This document shows positions 1 through 8,444 of a stretch of 12,210 nt of DNA, piece after piece (within the stretch, counting starts at the first letter, position 1; the number at the start of each line of letters is the position of its first letter). The notes beneath the pieces are model-generated. The model did not search any database. It was given only the letters and a program-made list of their open reading frames with translations, and was not told where the DNA came from. The translations under genes were made by a program, and so were the position numbers. This DNA comes from Candidatus Muiribacteriota bacterium (lineage in GTDB: Bacteria; Muiribacteriota; Muiribacteriia; Muiribacteriales; Muiribacteriaceae), in NCBI GenBank assembly GCA_051747805.1, contig JBNJGP010000079.1, positions 1-12,210 on the forward strand. The letters are read 5' to 3'.

Positions 1-2
1 CA

Positions 3-49
3 TTTACTATCACCTTTAGGTGATTTAACTAAGCCGAAGGCTTTTTACC
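3..49 (-). repeat. Hairpin-array repeat, copy at the 3' end of the MBL gene (probably continues beyond the left window edge)
   Basis: The reverse complement reads GGTAAA-AAGCC(TTC)GGCTT-AGTTAA-ATCACC(TAAA)GGTGAT-AGTAAA. It matches 11964-12010 (AGTAAA-AAGCT(TTC)AGCTT-AGTAAA-ATCACC(TAAA)GGTGAT-AGTAAA) at 43/47 nt by manual alignment. Confidence 0.9.
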
Positions 50-714
50 ATTGTATAATCAAATAAATTTTTACTGGGAACATTTACACTTTTCATAATT
101 GTTAAATCACCAAAAAAATGCATTGGCACAAAAATATCAGGTTTAACTTTATTAAAAAAATCTAATCCACCCGAATAATTTGATAAACGTGCATCCCAGT
201 TAGTAAAAGCTATATCAATTTTTTCTTTTGATATTAAATTAATAATATAATAAAAATAATCAACATATAATTTATATTCATCATCTGTTAAATCCGGCCA
301 TTTCCAGCAGGCAAGATCACCACCAAAGTAAATTTTTTTGTCGTTAAAGGTAAATAGAAAAGCCAATCCTTCATCATTGCTTTTGAAAGTTTGAAGTTTA
401 AACTCTTTTAAATTATAAAATTCATCTTGGTGAAGAGATTTTTTATTAAAATATTTATCAGAACATATTAAATGCATAACATCCTCTGGAGCAAACACAG
501 TTGTATTTTCAGAAAAATGGATTAAACTATTAATATTGCTTCTAAAATGGTCAGCATGTGAATGTGAAAAGAATACATATAAATTTTTATTTTTTATATA
601 CTTAATAATTTCTTTTTCAATTTTTTCAGGTAAAAAACTTATATCTGGAATATCAAATATAAAGGTTTTATTTTCAATTTCAATTCCAAAACAATTATGA
701 TAAAAATATTTCAT
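25..714 (-). CDS. MBL-fold metallo-hydrolase, substrate unknown
   Basis: 229 aa ORF with the HxHxDH motif (FFSHSHADHF), N-terminal HNCF and FIFD strands, IYFGGDL and C-terminal VPMHF. An AAGAGG RBS lies on the minus strand at 724-729. Confidence 0.85.
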   Translation of the reverse strand: MKYFYHNCFGIEIENKTFIFDIPDISFLPEKIEKEIIKYIKNKNLYVFFSHSHADHFRSNINSLIHFSENTTVFAPEDVMHLICSDKYFNKKSLHQDEFYNLKEFKLQTFKSNDEGLAFLFTFNDKKIYFGGDLACWKWPDLTDDEYKLYVDYFYYIINLISKEKIDIAFTNWDARLSNYSGGLDFFNKVKPDIFVPMHFFGDLTIMKSVNVPSKNLFDYTMVKSLRLS

Positions 715-788
715 CGGAATAAACCTCTTAAATTTTATTTTATATTATCATGAGAATCCAAAACTTTACAAAAAAATCAATCTGCAAT

Positions 789-818
789 TTGAAAGAATTG
801 CCTTTTTTGTGTTATATT
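789..818 (+). promoter_or_regulatory. Putative sigma70-type promoter for the plus-strand operon
   Basis: TTGAAA (789-794), an 18-nt spacer, then TATATT (813-818) preceded by TG (extended -10, TGn). It lies in the divergent intergenic region upstream of the GGGGGA RBS. The AT-rich background makes chance matches likely. Confidence 0.35.
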
Positions 819-863
819 ATATCTTATATTAAAATTACAGAATTTCTTAAAGGGGGATATATT

Positions 864-3365
864 ATGAAAGCAGTTATTATGGCAGGTGGTTTTGGTACTA
901 GACTCAGACCTGTTACAAACAGGATTCCTAAACCTATGGCACCGGTTGTTAATATTCCTATGATGGAGCATATAGTTCATAATCTGAAAAAGATTGGTAT
1001 AAAAGAGGTTGTTTCTGTATTATATCATCAACCTGATGTTATTACCGACCATTTTGGTGACGGTTCTGAGTTTGGTATTAAGATGGAGTATGTTACTACA
1101 GCAGATAACTACGGAACTGCCGGTTCTGTGCGTATGGCTAAAAAAGTTTTAAACGAAAGATTTATTCTGCTATCAGGCGACGTACTTACTGATTTTGACC
1201 TGGAAAAGGCTATTACCTGGCATGAAGATAAAAAATCCCCTGCAACAATTTTACTGACACGTGTTGAGAATCCTCTAGCTTTTGGTATTGTAATTACTGA
1301 TGAAAATGGCAGAATAGTACGTTTTCTTGAAAAACCAAGCTGGGGTCAGGTTTTCAGTGATACTATAAATACAGGAATTTATATTTTTGAACCTGAAATT
1401 CTTGATGAAATTCCTGAAAAAACTGATTTTGATTTTTCAAAAGATTTATTCCCGAAATTATTAGAAAAAGAGATTCCAATTTTTGGTCATGTTTCTAAAG
1501 GGTACTGGAAAGATGTTGGAGATATTAACGCCTATAGAGATGCAAATATGGACGTGATTTCTGGTAATGTAAAGGCTGATATACCCAGCAAGAGAATCGA
1601 TACTGTTGGCCGTGATGTCTGGATTGGTAAGGATTGTCGAATTCCTGATGAACATAAATTTGAAGGCGGTGTACTTATAGGAAATAACTGTAAAATCGGG
1701 CATAATGTTTATATAAAAAACTCGGTAATTCATAATAATGTCAGAATTGGAAGCGATGCGCGTATTGTAGACTCTGTTATATGGGAAAACTGTGAGATTG
1801 GAGAAGAAGCTTTTCTTGATAAAAATATAATATGTAATGATGTTGAGATTATGGACGAGGCATATATTGGTACGGGCTCAGTTGTTGGAGAAAAATGCAA
1901 GATTGGTAAAGGGGCCACTGTCAAACCTGAAGTTAAGATGTGGCCTGGAAAAGTTCTTGAAGACGGGGCTGTTTTAGGAGCTTCACTTGTTTGGGGTGAT
2001 AAATGGTCTAAACAGCTTTTTAATACTCATGGTATTGTGGGTATTGCCAATCATGAAATCACTCCAGAATTTGCCTCAAAGGTTGGCGCTGCTATGGGAG
2101 CCGCTTTAGGCAAAGGAACTGTGATTGCCACTGGTAGAGATGGTCACGGTGTTTCAAGGCTTATAAACCGGGCTTTTATTTCCGGGCTTCTCTCTGTCGG
2201 CGTAAATGTTCAGGATTTAAGAAATGTGCCAGTTCCAGTTCACAGATTTCAAATAGCTGAAAGAAATATTATGAGCGGTATTCATACTCACATGTCTCCT
2301 GTAGATCCTAAACTTCTTGATGTGAAGTTTGTTGATGATGAAGGAATGGATTTTACTGTTGCAAAGCAAAAAGCTGTAGAAAAGAACTTCTTTAGAGAGG
2401 ATTTCCCGCGTTCTGAAATTTCATCAGTTGGTCAGCTTACTTTTCCGCATCGTGTGCTTGAATATTATAAAGAGGGAGTGATTGACTTTGTTGACGCAAA
2501 AGAGATTTCAGAGGCTAAATTAAAAGTTGTGCTGGATTATTCTTTTGGCTCTGCATCAAATATTTTCCCCTCCATTTTAAGTGAGTTTAACTGTGAGATA
2601 ATTGCGCTGAACTCTTATGAAGATTCTAAGAGGCTTACTAAAACTACAGAGGAATTTCGACAGGATTATAAACGACTTGGTGACATTGTTGAATCCCTGA
2701 ATGCCGACCTTGGTGTTATGATGGATTCGGGAGCAGAAAAGATTTTCCTTGTGGATGAAAATGGTGAAAAAATTTCAAAAGAAGATTCTCAGGCACTTAT
2801 GATTTATATTATATGTAGAACAAGACCGGGTTGTAAAATCGGGGTTCCTGTGAATACTTCTAAACGTGTTGAAAAAATAATAAAAGATGCTGGTTGTGAT
2901 ATTGTTTATACAAAACTATATAATAGAAATATGATGCAGACAGCTGCTATGGATGGTGTTAAGCTTGTTGCCGATGGTGAGGGTGGATATATTTTCCCTG
3001 AATTCAGGCCGTGGTTTGACGCAATGGCAAGTATTTCAATAATTCTTAGTCTGCTTGCCGATAAAAATTATACTTTTAATAAAATTTTAAAAGAAATTTC
3101 TGAGGATTTAAGAGTGCATAAAAGAATTCCATGTGCATGGGAAGAAAAAGGTGCTCTTATGAGAAATATAATGGATAATTGTGCAGATGAGGATTTAGAA
3201 CTCATAGATGGTGTTAAAATAAATTTAAAAAATAATTCCTGGGTGCTTTTGATCCCTGATTCAGACAGACCTTATTTTAATATTTATGCCGAAGGCAATA
3301 ATATTAAAGAATCAGAAAAAATTGCCCAGAAATATGTTGAATTAATAAAAAAATGGAAAAAATAA
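864..3365 (+). CDS. Mannose-1-phosphate guanylyltransferase-type nucleotidyltransferase fused to a left-handed beta-helix and a phosphomannomutase/phosphoglucomutase-like domain
   Basis: The true start is most likely ATG 864 (AAGGGGGA RBS at about 850-857; MKAVIMAGGFGTRLRP..PKP NTP_transferase signature), giving 833 aa. Also seen: EKP and NTGIY motifs, hexapeptide repeats (IGNNCKIG, IGSDARI, VGEKCKIGKGA), and a C-terminal PMM/PGM-like half (LFNTHGIVG, GRDGH, LIDGVK..WVLLIP..P). Confidence 0.88.
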   Translation: MKAVIMAGGFGTRLRPVTNRIPKPMAPVVNIPMMEHIVHNLKKIGIKEVVSVLYHQPDVITDHFGDGSEFGIKMEYVTTADNYGTAGSVRMAKKVLNERFILLSGDVLTDFDLEKAITWHEDKKSPATILLTRVENPLAFGIVITDENGRIVRFLEKPSWGQVFSDTINTGIYIFEPEILDEIPEKTDFDFSKDLFPKLLEKEIPIFGHVSKGYWKDVGDINAYRDANMDVISGNVKADIPSKRIDTVGRDVWIGKDCRIPDEHKFEGGVLIGNNCKIGHNVYIKNSVIHNNVRIGSDARIVDSVIWENCEIGEEAFLDKNIICNDVEIMDEAYIGTGSVVGEKCKIGKGATVKPEVKMWPGKVLEDGAVLGASLVWGDKWSKQLFNTHGIVGIANHEITPEFASKVGAAMGAALGKGTVIATGRDGHGVSRLINRAFISGLLSVGVNVQDLRNVPVPVHRFQIAERNIMSGIHTHMSPVDPKLLDVKFVDDEGMDFTVAKQKAVEKNFFREDFPRSEISSVGQLTFPHRVLEYYKEGVIDFVDAKEISEAKLKVVLDYSFGSASNIFPSILSEFNCEIIALNSYEDSKRLTKTTEEFRQDYKRLGDIVESLNADLGVMMDSGAEKIFLVDENGEKISKEDSQALMIYIICRTRPGCKIGVPVNTSKRVEKIIKDAGCDIVYTKLYNRNMMQTAAMDGVKLVADGEGGYIFPEFRPWFDAMASISIILSLLADKNYTFNKILKEISEDLRVHKRIPCAWEEKGALMRNIMDNCADEDLELIDGVKINLKNNSWVLLIPDSDRPYFNIYAEGNNIKESEKIAQKYVELIKKWKK

Positions 3366-4177
3366 AAATAATAAGCAGTCCTAAAAATAATTTTATACGG
3401 TTTATACGTTCGCTTAAAAAGAAAAAAGTAAGTCAGGAAAAGGGACAGTTTTTAATAGAAGGAATAAAATCGGTTAAAGAAGCTTTAAAATGTAATGTTG
3501 ATATACCTTATTTTATTTATTCACCTGATTTATTCAGAGTTAAGGGCGGACAGGATTTTTTTGACAGTTTGAAAGAAAATCATAATAATATGATTGCTGT
3601 CACTGAGGGAGTTTTTAACAAACTCGCAGAAACAAGAACTCCACAGGGAATAATTGCTGTTCCAAATCGTAAAAACTGGAATAAAGATGATTTGTTTTCA
3701 AAAGATAAATCTTTTATTTTTATAATTGATGGTATTCAGGACCCGGGTAATCTGGGTACTATAATAAGAATAGCCGATTCTCTTATGGTTGATGCTGTTA
3801 TTGTCTCAGATGATACTGTTGATGAATATAATGCTAAAACAGTCCGTTCAACAATGGGCTCTATTTTTAGAATTCCAGTATTTAAATCCAGCAACCTGGG
3901 TGATTATACAGAAAAAATTAAACAAAACGGTTACAAGTTAATCGGAACTATACTTGATGAAGATACTTTTTCATATGAAAAAGTGGATTACGCTTCTTTT
4001 GATAAAATAGCACTTATTATTGGTAATGAAAGCCGTGGTATTTGTGCAGATGTCAAAGAAAACGTAGATATTAAAATTAAAATTCCTGTTCTCAGCAACA
4101 TGGATTCGCTTAATGCAGCTGTTGCAACCGGAATTTCTGCCTATGAAATAATGAAACAAAAAAGCTGGAGGTTATAA
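3353..4177 (+). CDS. TrmH/SpoU-family RNA 2'-O-methyltransferase
   Basis: SPOUT motifs IQDPGNLGTIIR, IGNESRGI and DSLNAAVA, with N-terminal FLIEG..V.EAL and TPQGI. It overlaps the upstream gene by 13 nt. A TrmH gene upstream of pheS is a common synteny. Confidence 0.93.
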   Translation: MEKIKIISSPKNNFIRFIRSLKKKKVSQEKGQFLIEGIKSVKEALKCNVDIPYFIYSPDLFRVKGGQDFFDSLKENHNNMIAVTEGVFNKLAETRTPQGIIAVPNRKNWNKDDLFSKDKSFIFIIDGIQDPGNLGTIIRIADSLMVDAVIVSDDTVDEYNAKTVRSTMGSIFRIPVFKSSNLGDYTEKIKQNGYKLIGTILDEDTFSYEKVDYASFDKIALIIGNESRGICADVKENVDIKIKIPVLSNMDSLNAAVATGISAYEIMKQKSWRL

Positions 4178-4181
4178 ATTA

Positions 4182-5195
4182 ATGAATGTTAATGAAGCGA
4201 GAGAAAAAATACAAGAGATGTTTTCAGACGCTGAGTCATCGCAGAAAATTGAAAATCTCAGAGTAGAAATATTTGGAAAAAAAGGTTATCTGGCCTCTTT
4301 AAAAAAAGAAATTATTAATATTCCACCCGAGGAAAGAAAATCATTTGGGCTTAAGATTAACGAGGTTAAAAATTTTGCCCAGCAGATTTTTGATGAAAAG
4401 AAAAAAAATATAGAAGAAAAAGAACTTCAGAAAAAAATTGAGGATGAAAAAATCGACGTTACACTGCCTGGAAAATATATAAGGAAAGGTTCAATTCATC
4501 CAATTACCCGTGTACTTGATGAGTTTATTGAAATCTTCAAGGTGTTTGGATTTTCTGTGGCTGACGGTCCTGAAATAGAAAGAGATGATTATAATTTTGA
4601 CAGATTAAACATTCCGCCCAATCATCCAGCTAGAGGTATGGCAGATACATTTCATATGAAACATGGCTATGTTTTAAGAACGCATACTTCACCAGTTCAG
4701 GTAAGAACTATGCTTTCTCAAAAACCTCCTGTTAAAATTATTGCACCTGGTAGAGTTTATAGAAAAGATACTCCAGATGCTACTCATACTCCAGTTTTTC
4801 ATCAGATAGAGGGGCTTTATGTTGATAAAGGGGTTACTTTTGCAGACTTAAAGGCCATTCTGGCCGGTGTTTTAAAAAATTATTACGGTGAAGAAATTGA
4901 GGTTAAATTTCAGCCTTCCTATTTTCCGTTTACCGAGCCCTCCGCAGAGGTTTACATTACCTGTAACGGTTGTATGGGAAAAGGTTGTTCTACCTGTAAA
5001 GGCGCCGGATTTATTGAAGTGCTTGGCTGTGGAATGGTTCATCCTAATGTTTTAAAAATGGCAGATATTAATCCTGATGTCTATACAGGATGGGCTTTTG
5101 GTATGGGCGTTGAACGCCTTGCCCTCAGGGGTTGCGGTATTTCTGATATTAGATATTTTTATGAAAATGATTATAGATTTTTAAAAAAACAATAA
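4182..5195 (+). CDS. pheS: Phenylalanine--tRNA ligase alpha subunit
   Basis: IDVTLPG, HPAR..DTF, LRTHTSPVQ, GRVYR.D..DATHTPVFHQIEG, FPFTEPS and GWAFGMGVERL (class II aaRS motifs). Confidence 0.99.
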   Translation: MNVNEAREKIQEMFSDAESSQKIENLRVEIFGKKGYLASLKKEIINIPPEERKSFGLKINEVKNFAQQIFDEKKKNIEEKELQKKIEDEKIDVTLPGKYIRKGSIHPITRVLDEFIEIFKVFGFSVADGPEIERDDYNFDRLNIPPNHPARGMADTFHMKHGYVLRTHTSPVQVRTMLSQKPPVKIIAPGRVYRKDTPDATHTPVFHQIEGLYVDKGVTFADLKAILAGVLKNYYGEEIEVKFQPSYFPFTEPSAEVYITCNGCMGKGCSTCKGAGFIEVLGCGMVHPNVLKMADINPDVYTGWAFGMGVERLALRGCGISDIRYFYENDYRFLKKQ

Positions 5196-5219
5196 CGATT
5201 TTTAAACATTGGAGGTATA

Positions 5220-7535
5220 ATGAAGGTTACTTATAAATGGTTAAAGGATTTTGTTGATATAGATGTTAAAGCAGAGGAACTTAAAGAGATATTCCCTGAA
5301 ATCGGACTTGAAGTTGATGATTTTTTCTATGCAGGTCGCGGATTAGATAAAGTTGTTGTTGGTCTTGTTACCAAATGTGCAAAACATCCTGATGCTGACA
5401 AATTATCTTTATGCGAAGTAACTGATGGAAAAAATTCATATCAGATTGTTTGCGGAGCCCCGAATGTAAGAGAAAACATTAAAATACCTCTTGCGCTGGA
5501 GGGGGCAAAACTTCCTGTTGGACTTAAAATTAAAAAAGCTAAAATCAGGGGAGTTGAATCCAGAGGAATGATTTGCTCTGAAAAAGAGCTTGGATTAAGC
5601 GAAAGTTCAGATGGTATTTTAATTCTAAACGATAATGCATCTGTTGGTCAGGATTTTATTTCTTATTATGGTCTTGATGATTTTGTTATTTCAGTTGAAA
5701 CTTTTGCCAACCGTCCTGATCATATGGGGGTAATTGGCGTGGCAAGGGATCTGGCTGTTTATTTTGATAAAGATTTTAATCCTTTTAAAGATGTTGAAGT
5801 TAACTCTAATATAGATAAAGATGAATTTGAGGTTATTATAGAAAACAAAGAGGCTTGTCCGCGTTATATGGGTCGTTTTATTAAGGGCATAAAGACTGCC
5901 AGAACACCGACAAAAATTGTTAACCGACTTCAGATGTGTGGGTTACGTTCTATTAATTTTTTAGTTGATATTACAAATTATATTATGCTTGAAACTGGTC
6001 AGCCTATGCATGCTTTTGATGCCTCGCTTTTTAAAGATAAAAAAGTTTTTGTTAAAAATGCAGATGAAATAAGTTTTAATGCTTTGAATGAAAAAAAATA
6101 CAATTTGAATAATGATGATTTAGTTATTTCCAGCTCTGATGAAGCAGTTGCCATAGCCGGAGTTATTGGTGGTGCTAACTCTGAGGTGTCTGATAGTACT
6201 TCAGAGGTTTTTCTTGAATCTGCCTTTTTTTCCCAGGATAATGTTTCTATTACTAGTCGCAGAGCAGGTGTTTGGACTGACAGCTCAGCTAGATTCGAAA
6301 AAGGAACTGATGTCAATATGGTAGATTATGCAATAAAATATGCCTCAAAACTTATTAAAGATAATATAGAAGGGGCAGAATTTTATAATATTATTGATAG
6401 TTTCCCTGGTTCAATTCAAAAAAATAAGGTTAAGTTTCCTTATGAAAGTATTGAAAAATTACTTGGCTACAAAATACCCTCTGATGAAGTTAAAAGGATT
6501 TTAAACAGACTCCCGGTTGAGGAAAAAGGGGAGGATTTATTAGAGGTTGATTTCTGCAGACCCGACCTTCAGATAAAAGAAGATTTTATTGAAGAAATCG
6601 CTAAATTCTACGGTTTCGATAAAATCCCTGATAAAACACCTCATATGAGCTCGGTGCACTATAAAAATGATTTAGGACAGTATTTTGACTTATCTTATAA
6701 AATGAGCGAGCTTGGGTTTAATGAAGTTATAAATTATTCTTTTGGGGGCGATAATTCTTCTGACAGCCCTGCTCTTGAAAATCCTCTCTCAGATGAGCTT
6801 GGCTATATGCGAACTAATATGTGGGATTCTCTTTTAGAAAATGTTGAATATAATGCTAAAAGAGGGGCTCAGAATCATTTTTATTTTGAACGCGGCAAGA
6901 TATATTTAGAACGTAATAAAAAATTCAGTGAGAAAAATATAATCGCAGCTGTTGCCTCAGGAAATTTTTATGAAAATTACGGTGAAAACGTAAAATCTGA
7001 TTTTTATTTTTTAAAGGGTGTTGTTGAAAGCCTTTTATCTGAATATAAACTTTCTTTTGATGGAAATAATACCCCACATATTTTTCATCCCGGCGTTTCT
7101 GCCAGAATTATTTCAGATGGCAATGAGCTTGGATTTGTTGGTAAAATTCATCCAAAAATTAAATCAAAATTTTTCAGTGAGGCATATTATTTTGAAATTT
7201 ATCCTGATAATCTTCATTATATTACAGAGAATAAAAAAACTCAGATTTCACGTTTCCCATCTTCTAAATTTGATTTATCTCTTATTGTGCCACAAAATGT
7301 TTCTTATGGAGTGGTAATTGATTTAATTAATAATATGAATATTAAGAAACTTGATGATATTACATTAACAGATATTTACAGAGGGGATAATATCCCACAA
7401 AATACAACCAGTTTATCGTTCAGGTTAAGATTTTCTGATGTAAACAAAACTATGGATGATGAAGAAACCAACGCTATAGTAAATAAAATGCTGAAAAAAC
7501 TTAACAAAATAAATGTAGGGTTAAGGGAAAAATAA
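5220..7535 (+). CDS. pheT: Phenylalanine--tRNA ligase beta subunit
   Basis: GGAGG RBS at 5211-5215. Motifs MKVTYKWL, HPDADKL..IVCGAPN..IRGVESRGMICS (tRNA-binding OB domain), DITNY.MLETGQPMHAFD, RFEKG, DFIEEIAK.YG, and a C-terminal FDX-ACB domain (RFPSS.FDLS..DIYRG). Directly follows pheS. Confidence 0.98.
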   Translation: MKVTYKWLKDFVDIDVKAEELKEIFPEIGLEVDDFFYAGRGLDKVVVGLVTKCAKHPDADKLSLCEVTDGKNSYQIVCGAPNVRENIKIPLALEGAKLPVGLKIKKAKIRGVESRGMICSEKELGLSESSDGILILNDNASVGQDFISYYGLDDFVISVETFANRPDHMGVIGVARDLAVYFDKDFNPFKDVEVNSNIDKDEFEVIIENKEACPRYMGRFIKGIKTARTPTKIVNRLQMCGLRSINFLVDITNYIMLETGQPMHAFDASLFKDKKVFVKNADEISFNALNEKKYNLNNDDLVISSSDEAVAIAGVIGGANSEVSDSTSEVFLESAFFSQDNVSITSRRAGVWTDSSARFEKGTDVNMVDYAIKYASKLIKDNIEGAEFYNIIDSFPGSIQKNKVKFPYESIEKLLGYKIPSDEVKRILNRLPVEEKGEDLLEVDFCRPDLQIKEDFIEEIAKFYGFDKIPDKTPHMSSVHYKNDLGQYFDLSYKMSELGFNEVINYSFGGDNSSDSPALENPLSDELGYMRTNMWDSLLENVEYNAKRGAQNHFYFERGKIYLERNKKFSEKNIIAAVASGNFYENYGENVKSDFYFLKGVVESLLSEYKLSFDGNNTPHIFHPGVSARIISDGNELGFVGKIHPKIKSKFFSEAYYFEIYPDNLHYITENKKTQISRFPSSKFDLSLIVPQNVSYGVVIDLINNMNIKKLDDITLTDIYRGDNIPQNTTSLSFRLRFSDVNKTMDDEETNAIVNKMLKKLNKINVGLREK

Positions 7536-7541
7536 AATTTT

Positions 7542-8444
7542 ATGAGAAAAAAAGGATTTTCACTTGTTGAAATAATGATTGTTTTAGCTATTGCCGGAAT
7601 TATTATTTCTGTTATAATTCCAAATGTTTTAAGTGTTATTGAGGACGTGCGAAGAAAAAAATCCTTTGTGGATATTGAACAGATGCAAAAAGATATTAAG
7701 TTCTACTATGAGGCAAATAATAGATGGCCTTTAAATTTTACACAGTTTATGGATTTAACCGAAGCTGACAAAAGTGCCCCGGATAATCCCTGGGGAATCC
7801 CTTATCGAATGGATGAACAGTTTTTTTATGTTGAAGATAATGCGGGTAATGTTGATAAATTTTTTTACCGTAAATATAATATGAATATTTTCGATGGGGC
7901 AATGAACTTTAAAATTGAGCCTGTTTTTTACTGGGGCCATGATGAAGACAGTCAAAGCTGGTATAATAATGAAAGAGGAGCTAATCCAGAGAACTTACAG
8001 TTTTATTTCAGACATTCTATAGAAGGGGATAATACTGATGAACCAGAGCTTTACTTTTTTATTGAGGCAAATACTCAGGGGGCTGGAACAATAAGAAATT
8101 TTGAATTATCCAATATGAAAATACCTTTTGCAGAAGGTTTAGATTCCACTGATATTGAGTTATCAGATAATCTTGATATAACTGGTTCTTCCGACAATTT
8201 AACTCTGGCTCCGAACACGGCTAATATTACTGATAATTATGCAGGAATGTATGTAAGAGTAAGAAACCGGGGCAGGGTTTCGATTAGTTTTACAGTTGAA
8301 GAAATAGAACCGAATGGAAACAATGATGCCTATTTTGGATATATTTCAAAAGATGCCCGTAATTTTATTCATTTAGGTGATAGAAGCGGACAAAATCCTG
8401 AATACTACCGGGGAAGAACCTATGAAATTATTTTCTATAATTAA
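7542..8444 (+). CDS. Prepilin-type N-terminal cleavage/methylation protein (GspG/type IV pilin-like) with an unassigned C-terminal domain
   Basis: Class III signal peptide MRKKG|FSLVEIMIVLAIAGIIISVIIP (Glu5, Gly14, Pro22). It is followed by a GspG-like helix DI..MQK.IKFYYEANNRWP and DNPWGIPY (compare GspG DPWG.PY). Confidence 0.85.
   Translation: MRKKGFSLVEIMIVLAIAGIIISVIIPNVLSVIEDVRRKKSFVDIEQMQKDIKFYYEANNRWPLNFTQFMDLTEADKSAPDNPWGIPYRMDEQFFYVEDNAGNVDKFFYRKYNMNIFDGAMNFKIEPVFYWGHDEDSQSWYNNERGANPENLQFYFRHSIEGDNTDEPELYFFIEANTQGAGTIRNFELSNMKIPFAEGLDSTDIELSDNLDITGSSDNLTLAPNTANITDNYAGMYVRVRNRGRVSISFTVEEIEPNGNNDAYFGYISKDARNFIHLGDRSGQNPEYYRGRTYEIIFYN

Noticed and set aside
25..714. Horizontal acquisition of the MBL gene, or a beta-lactamase call
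   Set aside because: It is visibly more AT-rich than its neighbours (about 20% GC in three sampled 60-nt lines), but there is no mobility signature. It has no signal peptide or beta-lactamase-specific features, and HxHxDH is generic to the fold.
750..863. 38-aa N-terminal extension of the nucleotidyltransferase
   Set aside because: Homology starts at MKAVIMAGG (864), which has a good RBS. The extension overlaps the divergent promoter region.
5176..5210. Short duplication GATTTTTAAA around the pheS stop, and the FLKKQ ending instead of the usual FLxQF
   Set aside because: A 10-nt AT-rich match is expected by chance. The protein is full length, so no frameshift or readthrough needs to be invoked.
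8377..8421. Upstream start for the second pilin (and 9587 for ychF)
   Set aside because: ATG 8422 gives a normal short basic prepilin leader. ATG 9620 has an AGGAG RBS and starts at the P-loop strand.
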